From positions 4,380-68,379 of the forward strand of contig CAYQVF010000009.1 of NCBI GenBank assembly GCA_964421045.1: a DNA stretch of 64,000 nucleotides, given 5' to 3'. Shown piece after piece: positions 10,106-20,685 of this stretch. Within the stretch, counting starts at the first letter, position 1. The number at the start of each line of letters is the position of its first letter. The notes below the pieces were generated by a model. The model had not been told where the DNA came from, did not search any database, and was given only the letters and a program-made list of their open reading frames with translations. Both the position numbers and the translations under genes were made by a program. Origin of the DNA: an uncultured Chromatiaceae bacterium. Its GTDB lineage: Bacteria > Pseudomonadota > Gammaproteobacteria > JAADHS01.

Positions 10106-12513
10106 TATATTTTTTCGGTAAGCAATAACTCTGCAGCCCCAGTCAAGCCATCCATGACGGTATAAAATTCATTATTGAAAGAGTCGAGTAACTCTGCGTA
10201 GGGAAGCCCTTCGAATAATGTTGCTTCCAGTGCTTCTATTTTTTTTGATAATTGAGTGGCACCCAAGCTAGCGGCAACACCACGCAGTGTATGCAGGAGA
10301 TGACGCACCTGTTTATCCTCTCCCAGGTTTAATGCCTTTGCCAACACGTTGGCATCATCACCATGATCCCTCACAAACTCTCTCAGCAGTTTACAAAACA
10401 ACTTGCGGTTTCCTCCGACTCGCTGCAAGCTTTCATTGATATCTATACCCGGCAGAGCGTTAAGAAAACGATCAGCTACATCAATATCTTGTTCATCATT
10501 ATTTTCCCAAGAATGCAGTTCATTGGACGATAAAGCCATCCATTTAGTCAACGTGGCATATAAAATATCAGGATCAATCGGCTTGGTAATATGATCGTCC
10601 ATTCCAGCCGCTAAAAATTTTTCTCTGTCACCGGACATGGCATGAGCGGTCATAGCAATAATAGGCAGTGTTTTACAATACACATTTTTACGGATGAGAC
10701 GGGTCGCCTGATACCCATCCATCTCCGGCATCTGTATATCCATCAGCACTAAATCAAATGTTTTTGCACGCACAGCCTGAACAGCGAACACGCCATTATT
10801 GGCAATTGTTACCCGTACACCCGTCACTTCAAGGAGCTCTTGAGCCACTTGTTGATTAATGCTGCTGTCCTCCACGACCAGTACGCGAACGCCTCTCAAG
10901 TCAGGCACTCCCCCCTTTTTCAATAATAAATCTTGTTTTTCGACGCCTTTATGAAGAGAGTGAGAACATTCAAATTCAGCATTAAAAAAGAAAGTGCTAC
11001 CCCGACCAGGCTGGCTTTTAACACCCAATGCCCCATTCATCATAATCACCAGTTGTTTGCTAATCGCCAGGCCCAAACCCGTGCCGCCATAATTTCTTGT
11101 CGTCGAACCATCGGCTTGAATAAAAGGTGCAAACAAAGCATCGGCCTTGTCAGGCTCAATGCCTATCCCGGTATCTTTTACCGAAAAATGTAACACGACC
11201 CGTTCTTCTTCTGTCTCCTGTATTTTTACAGATACATGAATATAGCCTTGTTCAGTAAACTTCAGCGCATTGCCAACAAGATTAATTAATACTTGTCCCA
11301 AGCGCAGCGAGTCTCCCACCAGGACCGCAGGAATTTTTTTGTCAATGTCATAATTCATGACTATCCCTTTTTCTGCCGCGTCTACCGACACCAAATTAGA
11401 AAGATGATCGAATACACCTTGCAAGGAAAAATCAGTTTTTTCTATTTCCAGGTGACCCGCTTCTATTTTTGAAAAATCAAGAATGTCATTAATAATACCC
11501 AGCAATGTCTTGGAGGAAGTCTGAATTTTATTTAAATAATCACTCTGCTTCGGCGTCATTTCAGTTTTAGTCGCGAGATAAGCCAAACCCATAATGGCAT
11601 TCATTGGGGTACGAATTTCATGGCTCATATTGGCGAGAAACTCACTTTTGTAACGGCTTGCCTGCTCGGCCTGTTCTTTGGCCTCCACCAGTTCCAATGT
11701 CCTTTCAGAAACCGTGTCTTCCAGTTTATCATGGGCTTGTTGAAGCGCGGTTTCAGCACTTTTTCTCGCTTCTTGCTGATGCTGGATGCGCACCAACATA
11801 TGATTAAATGCTTCGTACAAACGACCAATTTCATCTTGCGCAGGGTGGTGCACCCGCCGACTGTAATCCATATTTTGAGAGATATCATCAGCAACGCCAG
11901 CCAGCGTTAAAATCGGTTTTGAAATCACGCTCTGCAGGGCATTGGCTAACAAATAGGCCAGGGCGATTAAGAACAAAGCCGTAAACAATAGAAAAAGTCC
12001 ATATTGCCGTCGTTTATCATCGAGCTCTTTAGTGGAGAGTAATAAATAAATGCTGCCGTAGTCACGCTCCTGATAGCGAATGGGTTTAATAACATGTAAT
12101 TTGTTATCACGAAATTCGGTAAGATCATTTGTTTCAGAATGAATCATCCGGTTTGCGGCTTGTTTAACTAGTAAATCCACTGAGCTTTGGGATTTTGGAA
12201 CCGCGACATTATGCAAACGAGTGAATAATTTCCCTTTTTTGTCATACAAAAAAGCCTCTTCCACTGCCGGTGTACGCAGCAATCCAGAAAGCGTTTCCCG
12301 CGCGGCTTCTTCATCGCCAAAAAAAAGATCGGAAGCGGCATACCCCCCCACAGTATGGGCTGTAATCACCGCATTATCCAACATATTTTGCTTAAAAGCC
12401 TTCACATCCGTAAACATGACAAAACCCAAGCCCAAACTGACGACGGGAATAACCACGGCAAGAATGACAATAATGATTCTGTGGCGCAAAGACAGTTGGG
12501 CCAAAGACTTCAT
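10105..12513 (-). CDS. Hybrid sensor histidine kinase/response regulator (TM-periplasmic-TM, HAMP, HisKA, HATPase, REC, Hpt; BarA/GacS-type architecture)
   Basis: H-box [13 protein letters not shown], an HATPase region ([22 protein letters not shown]), a REC domain ([10 protein letters not shown]...[15 protein letters not shown]...TAHAMSGD) and a C-terminal Hpt ([12 protein letters not shown]). The N-terminus has two TM segments flanking a periplasmic domain of about 150 aa. Confidence 0.85.
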   Translation of the reverse strand: MKSLAQLSLRHRIIIVILAVVIPVVSLGLGFVMFTDVKAFKQNMLDNAVITAHTVGGYAASDLFFGDEEAARETLSGLLRTPAVEEAFLYDKKGKLFTRLHNVAVPKSQSSVDLLVKQAANRMIHSETNDLTEFRDNKLHVIKPIRYQERDYGSIYLLLSTKELDDKRRQYGLFLLFTALFLIALAYLLANALQSVISKPILTLAGVADDISQNMDYSRRVHHPAQDEIGRLYEAFNHMLVRIQHQQEARKSAETALQQAHDKLEDTVSERTLELVEAKEQAEQASRYKSEFLANMSHEIRTPMNAIMGLAYLATKTEMTPKQSDYLNKIQTSSKTLLGIINDILDFSKIEAGHLEIEKTDFSLQGVFDHLSNLVSVDAAEKGIVMNYDIDKKIPAVLVGDSLRLGQVLINLVGNALKFTEQGYIHVSVKIQETEEERVVLHFSVKDTGIGIEPDKADALFAPFIQADGSTTRNYGGTGLGLAISKQLVIMMNGALGVKSQPGRGSTFFFNAEFECSHSLHKGVEKQDLLLKKGGVPDLRGVRVLVVEDSSINQQVAQELLEVTGVRVTIANNGVFAVQAVRAKTFDLVLMDIQMPEMDGYQATRLIRKNVYCKTLPIIAMTAHAMSGDREKFLAAGMDDHITKPIDPDILYATLTKWMALSSNELHSWENNDEQDIDVADRFLNALPGIDINESLQRVGGNRKLFCKLLREFVRDHGDDANVLAKALNLGEDKQVRHLLHTLRGVAASLGATQLSKKIEALEATLFEGLPYAELLDSFNNEFYTVMDGLTGAAELLLTEKI

Positions 12514-13046
12514 TTTTTTTCGCGACCTGTTGAAGACATCATGATCGCCAATTTAAGTAATCTTGAACTGATTTTTAAACCCACCGTTTCCGCTGCCTGC
12601 TGATTGATTTCAAAATGGAGTTTATTATTTTTACGAATAAAATTAATCATCACACCTTGATGAGCAAAGCCAGGGGTATCACTAATGGTTAATACCGGAC
12701 GATTTTGTAATGAGACAAGAATGCCCTCTAGAGCCTTGTGTTGTGTTTTTTCGATAAACAACATATCGCAATCGACAGCAGATTCAGAGCGACTCATTTG
12801 GGTAAATAATGTCGGTCTACCGTTAATGGCCAAAGATTCCAGTTTTTTCAGTTCACCTTTAAATAAATTTTTTCCAATAATGCATAATTGAAAATGCCCT
12901 TTTGAACCGCCCGGCCATTCAACAAAACGAGTGAATTTTTCCATAAACGCCGCTTTTAGTTCATACTCACTCACGCCCCCCCATGCAGGCAATGAAAAAC
13001 TTAATAGCAGCAATATCGTCAGTACACGCTTCAACAGCATTTCCAT
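12510..13046 (-). CDS. YfiR-like periplasmic protein (DUF4154)
   Basis: 178 aa with a signal peptide. The C-terminal [42 protein letters not shown] is characteristic of DUF4154/YfiR. It overlaps the kinase start by 4 nt and is 1 nt from the TBDR stop. Confidence 0.65.
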   Translation of the reverse strand: MEMLLKRVLTILLLLSFSLPAWGGVSEYELKAAFMEKFTRFVEWPGGSKGHFQLCIIGKNLFKGELKKLESLAINGRPTLFTQMSRSESAVDCDMLFIEKTQHKALEGILVSLQNRPVLTISDTPGFAHQGVMINFIRKNNKLHFEINQQAAETVGLKISSRLLKLAIMMSSTGREKK

Positions 13047-13047
13047 A

Positions 13048-15198
13048 CTAAAATTTATAATGCAATGTGAAACTCAGCAATCTTCCTGGCTGAGGTGCTT
13101 CGAGAAAAGTGACTTGAGTTGTACCTTCTGAAACATTGACATATTTTTTATCAAATAGATTGAAAATATCTGCTTTAATAGTAAAACGATCCGTGAGTTT
13201 GACCTGACTGTGTAAATCTATCCGGTAATAAGAAGGAATACGCAAACGTTTGGTGCTGTCATTGGGGGTTTTTTGTTTGTGTTGAGTCGAACCCACCCAA
13301 AATAATTTCGGTGTTAGCAAATATTTATTGTGATAGTCCAGGGTCATGCCAGCAATAAACTTGTATTTAGCAGTTAAAGGTAATTCAGAATCCCCCTCCC
13401 CCTCTTTTAACTGACCTTCAATAAAGCTGACATTCGCCCAGCTTTTCAACGTTGTTTTGTTCGCTAAAATAGATTCATTTGCAACACTCACGTCAATGCC
13501 ATAGCTTGTTGAATCTGCCATATTTTTCGATTTTTGTGTCCGCAATATCTGAGCACCCGGAATCGCTTGATCCGGTGTCTCATCCGCAGCGGTCTGTATG
13601 ATGTCAGAGACTGAAATATAATAAGAAGCCACTTTTAAATGTGTATGCTCATCAAACCAATGCTCATAATTCAATTCAAAAGTTTTTGCTTTTTCAGGCT
13701 TGAGATCCGGATTAGGTACCTGGAAGAAATCGCCTATCCACGCCCCATTACTATTTTTTTCGCCGCTAAAACCACCAAAGTGGCGAAACATTTGATCCGA
13801 TGACGGCGCGACAAAAGCATGGCCATACAATATTTTAAATACATTGCTTTCATCGTATTTATAAATGGCGCTGATACGCGGATTACGAGTTTTACCATAC
13901 AATGAATTATTATCATAACGTAGCCCGATGACCAACCGCCATTGCGAGTTAATCTCCCAATTATCTTGTAGATAAACGCCATAATTACGATAGCTTCTGG
14001 CAAAAAAAGCGATGGGGATATCGGTATTTGGATAGGTCAAAGTTTGTTCATCAGGGCTTTTTGACGTGTCGTAGCGTGCAGGTAGATCAGCGCCTACCGG
14101 TATGACGTCAAAATAATCAAAAACCAGACCTCCTGACAAATGATGATTTTGATTAAACTTGAATTCAAAATCCTGATTCAATGACACACGGTCACTGTTT
14201 CCATATTTGTAACCCGGTTTAAAGTCTGTGAATCTATTGTTGTAATAAGTATTATTTTTCAACTCATAGTTCATTGCATTAAGCAAAGTGTTTACTTTAA
14301 ACCCGGAAAACAATTCTGTTTGATAGCGCACATAAAAATTGCTCAGCCGTACTCTTTCTTGTGCATCGACATCAAACGCACTGCTTGACGGTAGCGAAGA
14401 AAAATCGTGACTATACGAGTAAGCGCTATGATTAAATCCAACTTGCCAATTTTGACCGAGACTGATGTTGCCCAGCAAACTGTAGTTTCTTGAATTAGCA
14501 AAGCGATAGCCTTTAGACGGATCGTCGTATAGCTCAGGGAAATCTTTATCAAATTCAAAATTTTGTGATTTATAAGCCTGCACACCCAGGTTAAGGTGTA
14601 CATTATCCTTTATATTATGACTGAGATGAGCGTATCCATATCGATAGTCATCTTGACCGGCGGTGACTGAAATATCAGCGACATTACGCTCGTCACTGTC
14701 CATAGTAATAATATTAATCACACCCATGAAAGCATCAGCACCATAAGAAACGGAAGCCGGCCCCATAAGTACTTCTATTTGTTTGGCGTAGTAAATAGGG
14801 AAATTTTCAAAAATAGCTAGTCTTTCACTTGCCGGTGCACTGATACGTACACCATCCTGCAAAAAAAGAAACTTGTTATTACCCACGACACCTCTTGTCG
14901 TAATCAGATTATAAGAAGCTTGCGCCGAAAAATTTTGCATTTGAACACCGGGCAAACTTTGCAGAATATCCAGCAAGCTGGTATAGCCACGCTCTCTAAT
15001 CTGCTTTTGAGTAAAAACATGAATATCTGCTGGTGTATCCCGTAGCTTTTCTTCGTATTTAGATGTCGTACTGATTTCAATATTCATCAGCTCTTGTAAC
15101 GACAGTTGACGAAGACCTTCAGAAATATCGGCTGACAGTGGGCAAGGAATAATACAGATGGCAACTACAATTAGTTTTCGTCTGAAATAGCCATCCAT
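13048..15198 (-). CDS. TonB-dependent outer-membrane receptor
   Basis: 716 aa with an N-terminal plug region (DTPADIHVF...GVQMQ, MGPASVSYGADAFMGVINIIT). The protein is beta-rich throughout and has a C-terminal aromatic (…LHYKF) typical of TBDR barrels. Confidence 0.8.
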   Translation of the reverse strand: MDGYFRRKLIVVAICIIPCPLSADISEGLRQLSLQELMNIEISTTSKYEEKLRDTPADIHVFTQKQIRERGYTSLLDILQSLPGVQMQNFSAQASYNLITTRGVVGNNKFLFLQDGVRISAPASERLAIFENFPIYYAKQIEVLMGPASVSYGADAFMGVINIITMDSDERNVADISVTAGQDDYRYGYAHLSHNIKDNVHLNLGVQAYKSQNFEFDKDFPELYDDPSKGYRFANSRNYSLLGNISLGQNWQVGFNHSAYSYSHDFSSLPSSSAFDVDAQERVRLSNFYVRYQTELFSGFKVNTLLNAMNYELKNNTYYNNRFTDFKPGYKYGNSDRVSLNQDFEFKFNQNHHLSGGLVFDYFDVIPVGADLPARYDTSKSPDEQTLTYPNTDIPIAFFARSYRNYGVYLQDNWEINSQWRLVIGLRYDNNSLYGKTRNPRISAIYKYDESNVFKILYGHAFVAPSSDQMFRHFGGFSGEKNSNGAWIGDFFQVPNPDLKPEKAKTFELNYEHWFDEHTHLKVASYYISVSDIIQTAADETPDQAIPGAQILRTQKSKNMADSTSYGIDVSVANESILANKTTLKSWANVSFIEGQLKEGEGDSELPLTAKYKFIAGMTLDYHNKYLLTPKLFWVGSTQHKQKTPNDSTKRLRIPSYYRIDLHSQVKLTDRFTIKADIFNLFDKKYVNVSEGTTQVTFLEAPQPGRLLSFTLHYKF

Positions 15199-15304
15199 AA
15201 TCTAGCATCCAGTCTTAAGTATTGGCGAGCGTCCTTTGTACTCTATGTCTCCATCTTTCGTCAATGAAAACATTATGTTTTTTACGATGTGATGTGCTAA
15301 GAAT

Positions 15305-15454
15305 CTGTAAATAAATAACTTGGCATTCTACGCTCGCTAGCACTTCGTCTCCACAGCTCACGCCCCTTAGCGACTTCCATAAAAGCAAGGTGCTTATACT
15401 CGTTACCAGAGACGGAATGATGGACAAGTAAAATATTAAGTTATTTATTTACAG
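15305..15454. repeat. Perfect 17-bp inverted repeat (CTGTAAATAAATAACTT / AAGTTATTTATTTACAG) with a 116-bp spacer in an AT-rich divergent intergenic region
   Basis: Seen directly: the arms are 15305-15321 and 15438-15454. It sits in the 600-bp region between the TBDR operon start and the gshA start. A second 8-bp inverted repeat (GTGCATAG-N21-CTATGCAC) occurs near 15545-15581. Confidence 0.5.
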
Positions 15455-15805
15455 GCTCTAACCCAAAGTGGCGTCAAAAAACCTCACTTAGTGCCACAAA
15501 AAATGCAAATCTATATAACCCTAAAAAACGCAGTTGATCCACGGTGCATAGCTCAATCTTGCAGTTAAGGAACTATGCACATTCCTAATTCAACATTAAT
15601 ATAATGACTATTTTTAAATAGAGACTAGAATACTCAGGCTTACTCATCGTACAATATACCCATGACGATTGAGATTTAGGTATAATTACACGTCCTCTTC
15701 ATTACCATCGGGGCGTTAAAATTTCTCGCAATAGTAAACTACATCTAAACCTCAAACGCCACGGGTATAGACCCTCAACATTATATATTTAGGAATTCAA
15801 AACTA

Positions 15806-17092
15806 ATGAGTATTGAACATCTTCATGCTGTACCCCATTTAACAACGGTACTCAATGGACCATTACTCAAACTTGAACGCCATTTCCTGGATCGTCAAGC
15901 ACACATTGAATCCTGGTTACGCAGTCAATGGCTACAAACACCCGCCCCTTTTTATGCTTCCGTTGATTTACGCAATGCCGGTTTTAAGCTTGCTCCAGTC
16001 GATACCAATCTCTTCCCTGCCGGGTTCAACAATTTAAACCCGGCTTTTTACCCGCTTTGCTTTCATGCAGTGCAATCGGCAATTGAGCGAATCTGTCCCG
16101 ATGCGCAACGAATTTTGCTTATCCCTGAAAATCATACTCGCAATACTTTTTATATAGAGAGCTTGAGCAGACTCACTGAAATCCTGAGTAAAGCGGGGCT
16201 AGAAGTTCGTATTGGCACACTGGCTGAATCTCCTTCTGAACTTAAACTCCCCTCCGGTCATACCCTAAAAATAGAGCCGCTCACCCGAACAGGAAATAAA
16301 GTCGGGGTTAAGGATTTCACGCCCTGCGCCGTGTTACTCAACAATGATCTTTCTTCGGGACGACCAGAGATACTTGAAAATCTCGATCAAATCGTAACCC
16401 CACCGCTCGACCTGGGCTGGGCACAACGACTGAAATCCCAACATTTTAGTTGTTATCAAGAGGTGGCTTCGGAATTTGCACATATTGCCGATATCGATCC
16501 TTGGTTCATCAACCCATTATTTCGCCATTGCGGTGAAATTGATTTTATGAAACGTAATGGCGGCGAATGCTTGCAAAGTAACGTTGGGAAATTACTTTAT
16601 GATATCCAAGGTAAATATGACGAATATGGCGTAGATAAAAAACCTTTTGTCATCATCAAAGCAGATTCTGGAACCTATGGTATGAGTGTGATGACGGTAC
16701 ATGATTCTGATGAAATCATGGCGCTTAATCGCAAGCAACGCACTCGCATGGCCGCGAGCAAAGGGGGGCAAGCTGTCTCAAAGGTTATCATGCAAGAAGG
16801 AGTTTATACCTTTGAAACCTGGGGCGATGATCAAGCCGTAGCCGAGCCGGTTGTCTATATGATGGATCATTTTGTGGTGGGTGGCTTTTATCGTGTCCAT
16901 ACCGGTAGAGACATTAATGAAAATCTAAACGCGCCGGGTATGCAGTTTGAGCCGCTGGCCTTTGCGGAATCCTGTAGTAACCCGGATAACAAAAAAGCAC
17001 CTGATGCCAACCCCAATCGCTTCTATGCCTACGGTGTTATCGCACGACTGGCCTTGCTTGCTGCCGCCAGAGAAATAAAACAAGCCGGATGA
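15806..17092 (+). CDS. gshA: Glutamate--cysteine ligase (short proteobacterial type), operonic with gshB
   Basis: 428 aa. Its stop overlaps the gshB start (ATGA at 17089). The family assignment comes from that operonic context with glutathione synthetase and general resemblance to the ~430-aa proteobacterial GshA class. I did not verify the motif by search. Confidence 0.55.
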   Translation: MSIEHLHAVPHLTTVLNGPLLKLERHFLDRQAHIESWLRSQWLQTPAPFYASVDLRNAGFKLAPVDTNLFPAGFNNLNPAFYPLCFHAVQSAIERICPDAQRILLIPENHTRNTFYIESLSRLTEILSKAGLEVRIGTLAESPSELKLPSGHTLKIEPLTRTGNKVGVKDFTPCAVLLNNDLSSGRPEILENLDQIVTPPLDLGWAQRLKSQHFSCYQEVASEFAHIADIDPWFINPLFRHCGEIDFMKRNGGECLQSNVGKLLYDIQGKYDEYGVDKKPFVIIKADSGTYGMSVMTVHDSDEIMALNRKQRTRMAASKGGQAVSKVIMQEGVYTFETWGDDQAVAEPVVYMMDHFVVGGFYRVHTGRDINENLNAPGMQFEPLAFAESCSNPDNKKAPDANPNRFYAYGVIARLALLAAAREIKQAG

Positions 17093-18036
17093 AACCTAAA
17101 CTCGGCGTCGTTATGGATTCTATTGAGTCCATTAAACCTTATAAAGACTCCACTTTTGCAATGTTGCTGGAAGCTCAAAAACGCAATTGGCAAATTTATT
17201 ACATGGAGCAAAATGATTTATTTATGCGGGATGGCCGTGCTTGTTCCACCATAAAACGCTTAGCGGTTTATGACGACAAATCAAACTGGTTTGAATACCA
17301 AAGCGCCGCACAAGCGTCCCCCCTCTCGTCTCTCGATGTGATCTTAATGCGTAAAGATCCACCATTTGATATGGAGTACATCTATTCTACTTATCTTCTT
17401 GAAAAAGCCGAAGCCGAAGGGGTATTGGTGGTTAATAAACCTCAGAGCCTGCGTGATGCTAATGAAAAGTTATACACTTCATGGTTTCCGCAATGCTGTC
17501 CGCCCAGCCTGATCAGCCGGAACAATGCCCAGCACCGTGCTTTTCTCCAAGAATACAAGGATATTATACTCAAGCCCCTGGATGGTATGGGCGGAGCATC
17601 GATCTTTAGACTCCATCAAGACGATTATAATATTAGTGTGGTGCTTGAAACATTAACGGCACACGAAACACGCTACATCATGGCGCAACGCTATATCCCT
17701 GAAATCAGCCAAGGTGACAAACGCATTCTTGTCATCAATGGAGAACCTGTGCCTTATGCACTGGCTCGCATTCCTGCTAAAGGAGAAACACGAGGAAACC
17801 TGGCGGCAGGCGGTCGCGGTGAAAGCCGGCCTCTTTCAGAGCGAGATCACTGGATTTGTGCGCAAGTCAAAGAAACATTGATTCGCAAAGGACTGCTTTT
17901 TGTGGGCCTGGATGTGATTGGTGATTATCTCACTGAAATTAATGTCACCAGCCCAACCTGTATTCGCGAACTGGACAAAAACCACTCGCTGAACATTGCC
18001 GGTTTGCTGATGGACACCATTGAAAGTCAGTTATAA
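17089..18036 (+). CDS. gshB: Glutathione synthetase
   Basis: 315 aa. It is near-collinear with E. coli GshB (MIKLGIVMDPI.. vs MKPKLGVVMDSI; DVILMRKDPPFD; ILKPLDGMGGASIFR; RGNLAAGGRGE; TEINVTSPTCIRE). Confidence 0.92.
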   Translation: MKPKLGVVMDSIESIKPYKDSTFAMLLEAQKRNWQIYYMEQNDLFMRDGRACSTIKRLAVYDDKSNWFEYQSAAQASPLSSLDVILMRKDPPFDMEYIYSTYLLEKAEAEGVLVVNKPQSLRDANEKLYTSWFPQCCPPSLISRNNAQHRAFLQEYKDIILKPLDGMGGASIFRLHQDDYNISVVLETLTAHETRYIMAQRYIPEISQGDKRILVINGEPVPYALARIPAKGETRGNLAAGGRGESRPLSERDHWICAQVKETLIRKGLLFVGLDVIGDYLTEINVTSPTCIRELDKNHSLNIAGLLMDTIESQL

Positions 18037-18088
18037 AAACCAACCTTTTCATTTAACCTAAATTCTCATCCAGCTGCATTTTTTAGGT

Positions 18089-19213
18089 TTAAGAGTCGAT
18101 GATGGCTTGCTCTATCTGTTGCCTTAAATCAGCAATCCAGATTTTTATTAAACGATTAGAAACAACACAAAAAATGGATAGGATCATCATACGATAGACC
18201 CAGGGTCGAGCCACTTTTATACGCTGAGAAGCATCCAGATAACAGCCAAAGCGTGCTAGCTTAGCCAACGTCGCTAACCCTATCAGCAAGGGCCACAAAG
18301 CCGCAAGCCGTAAACGAAAACAGTACCAGGGTATGGCTAAAACATATTGTTCAGCTTCACCATAATAAGCCAAAGCCTTTCTTAACCACTTATGAATAAT
18401 CGGTTTTACCGCGTTACTTTTTTCTGCATCAAGAAGTTGTTGTGGTGTCAATGCCGCAGCACATAACTCATCAAGTGGTAAATAACAACGTCCTTCACTC
18501 AAGTCTTCAGGTAGGTCTCGCAGAATATTGGTCAACTGTAATGCCTTGCCGTAACGGACACCTTGTTCACTCATGGCGGCAACATCCCAATGGCTTAGTG
18601 CCTTGTCATATCGACTTATAATTTCTGTCCAAAATGCGCCCACGCAACCCGCTACGCGATAAATATAATCATCCAATTCAGAGTCATTTGCCAAAGCGAT
18701 GGGTTGAGCTTTAGGAGCGTGGTGAAAACGCTGCATATCCAGTTCCATGCCACTGATTAACACATTGACGACGTTAGCAATGGCGGCTTTATCTTGAGCT
18801 CCCACAGAATAAAATTCAGACAACACAAATGGAATACTTTTCAACAAGCAACGCTCAGCAGGATCCTTGATACCCTTAATAAGCGACGGGGTAACAATAT
18901 CAGCCTGCCTCGACGGATCTTCCAGTACGCCGCGTAAAGTGATCAATACCGCCAGGCGCTGCGCAGCAGAGACTTCAGTAGAATCAGCGATCGTATCTGC
19001 GGCTCTGGCCAGCAAGTAGGCTATGGCGATAGGCAGCCTCGCACCGGCGGGCAACACTCTGAGCGTTAAATAAAAACTACGAGAAACCGATTTGAGTTGC
19101 GCTAAAAAAGCGCGTTCGGTTTTCACTAAGGGTCGTCTACCATACTTTTGTGATCTCTCAGGATGAACAACTAATGCAAATTTCTCCTGCCCAGGCGGGT
19201 GGTTTTTGTGCAT
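18089..19213 (-). CDS. Squalene/phytoene synthase family protein (squalene synthase-like) with a hydrophobic C-terminal tail
   Basis: Has the trans-isoprenyl diphosphate synthase head-to-head motifs (SRSFYLTLRVLP; YCYRVAGCVGAFWTE; GKALQLTNILRDLPEDLSEGRCYLP). The C-terminal ~60 aa are hydrophobic. The annotated start (an alternative start codon) overlaps the selO 3' end by ~56 nt, so the true start may lie further downstream. Confidence 0.6.
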   Translation of the reverse strand: MHKNHPPGQEKFALVVHPERSQKYGRRPLVKTERAFLAQLKSVSRSFYLTLRVLPAGARLPIAIAYLLARAADTIADSTEVSAAQRLAVLITLRGVLEDPSRQADIVTPSLIKGIKDPAERCLLKSIPFVLSEFYSVGAQDKAAIANVVNVLISGMELDMQRFHHAPKAQPIALANDSELDDYIYRVAGCVGAFWTEIISRYDKALSHWDVAAMSEQGVRYGKALQLTNILRDLPEDLSEGRCYLPLDELCAAALTPQQLLDAEKSNAVKPIIHKWLRKALAYYGEAEQYVLAIPWYCFRLRLAALWPLLIGLATLAKLARFGCYLDASQRIKVARPWVYRMMILSIFCVVSNRLIKIWIADLRQQIEQAIIDS

Positions 19214-20636
19214 AATGAGCGTACGATGGTTGCTCGTCGAAAGGTCGACGTAACAAGGTTAACAATCGCTCTACCTCACTAAAATCATTCTCATTTTCAG
19301 CTAATTTTATTGCTGATTCTGCCATATGATTCCGCAAAATATACTTTGCATTCACTTTTTTCATACGAACATGCCTGTCTGTGTCACGACTCTTCTCTTG
19401 AAATAAACGTACGCGATACCGGGCTAACCAATCTGACATACCCCGTGAATTTGAGAATTGTTCTGCTAAAGCATTTTGCGACGACTCTTGCTCAGCGTGC
19501 AACGCACTCAGTTGACGAAAAAACAAGGTATAGTCAACCTGCCCTTCCATTAATGCCAACAAAGATTCCATTAATTCAGAATCCCCTTTTTCTTGCTCAA
19601 ACAAGCCTAGTTTGTCTCGCGAAATATTGAGATACGCTGTTTGGTATAATGCTTGATAGTGAGAAAGTTCTGCCTTGGCAAATTCTGCTGCACGCTCAGG
19701 GTCATCATCAAACAAGGGCAACATGGCCTGTGCCAAACAACTGAGATTAAACAAACCTATTTGTGGTTGTTGTGAAAAAGCATAACGCCCAGAAGTATCA
19801 GAGTGATTGCAGATATAATTTGCTTCATAGGTATCGAGGAAAGCGAAGGGGCCATAATCCAAAGTTAAGCCAATGATCGACATATTATCCGTGTTCAACA
19901 CTCCGTGAGCAAAGCCAACGCTTTGCCACTGCGCAATCAATTTAGCCGTTTTTTTTAGCACCACGGCAAATAGCTTTTGATAAGCGTCAGCCTGCCCTTC
20001 TAAGTCGGGGTAGTGCTCACGAATAACGTAGTCTGCCAAAAGCTGTAAATAATCAAATTTTTGCGCATAATAAAAATACTCCAAACTACCAAAGCGTACA
20101 TGACTCTGTGCAACACGCAACATCATCGCTCCCGGCTCAAATGTTTCACGATAAACCATTTGTTTGCTGGAAATTAAAGCCAAAGCACGGGTCGTAGGAA
20201 TGCCCAAACCATGCATTGCTTCACTACAAAGGTATTCCCTAATACAGGAACGCAAAACAGCACGACCATCACCTTGCCGCGAGTAACGGGTGATGCCACT
20301 GCCCTTGATTTGAAGATCCCACAGTTGTTGCTGCTTATCCCTGATTTGCCCTAATAAAACCGCACGACCATCGCCCAAGCGCGGCACATAGGTACCAAAT
20401 TGATGTCCGGCATAGCACATGGCTAAGGGCTCACTGCCAGACCAGGCATCAATACCCGTGACATAGCGGATAAATTGTTGCGCATTAAACTCAGCCTGTG
20501 TGAAACTCAGCAATGACTGGACATCAGAATTCAAACTGGCAAACGCAGTCCCCTCCAGAGGCTCAGGTGAAACCTTGTGATAAAATTCTGCGGGTAAACG
20601 AGCGTATTGATTATCAAATTTTAGTTGGTTAAACAT
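19158..20636 (-). CDS. selO: Protein adenylyltransferase SelO (YdiU/UPF0061)
   Basis: 492 aa and collinear with E. coli YdiU (YAGHQFG; LGDGRAVL; KGSGITRYSRQGDGRAVLRSCIREYLCSEAMHGLGIPTTRALAL; GFAHGVLNTDNMSIIGLTLDYGPFAFLD; C-terminal ...SCSS). Confidence 0.9.
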   Translation of the reverse strand: MFNQLKFDNQYARLPAEFYHKVSPEPLEGTAFASLNSDVQSLLSFTQAEFNAQQFIRYVTGIDAWSGSEPLAMCYAGHQFGTYVPRLGDGRAVLLGQIRDKQQQLWDLQIKGSGITRYSRQGDGRAVLRSCIREYLCSEAMHGLGIPTTRALALISSKQMVYRETFEPGAMMLRVAQSHVRFGSLEYFYYAQKFDYLQLLADYVIREHYPDLEGQADAYQKLFAVVLKKTAKLIAQWQSVGFAHGVLNTDNMSIIGLTLDYGPFAFLDTYEANYICNHSDTSGRYAFSQQPQIGLFNLSCLAQAMLPLFDDDPERAAEFAKAELSHYQALYQTAYLNISRDKLGLFEQEKGDSELMESLLALMEGQVDYTLFFRQLSALHAEQESSQNALAEQFSNSRGMSDWLARYRVRLFQEKSRDTDRHVRMKKVNAKYILRNHMAESAIKLAENENDFSEVERLLTLLRRPFDEQPSYAHYAQKPPAWAGEICISCSS

Positions 20637-20685
20637 AGCAATTTAGGAACCGTCGCATTGATAAAAAGATCATATTTCAATAAAC

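Noticed and set aside
15215-15427. A 70-aa minus-strand ORF in the TBDR/gshA intergenic region
   Set aside because: It overlaps the 17-bp inverted-repeat structure and has no ribosome-binding site and no homology features. It is more likely non-coding.
18055-18089. The hairpin AACCTAAA-N19-TTTAGGTT after gshB as a bidirectional terminator
   Set aside because: The stem overlaps the stop codon of the minus-strand squalene-synthase-like gene, and no U-run follows on the plus strand. It is too weak to call.
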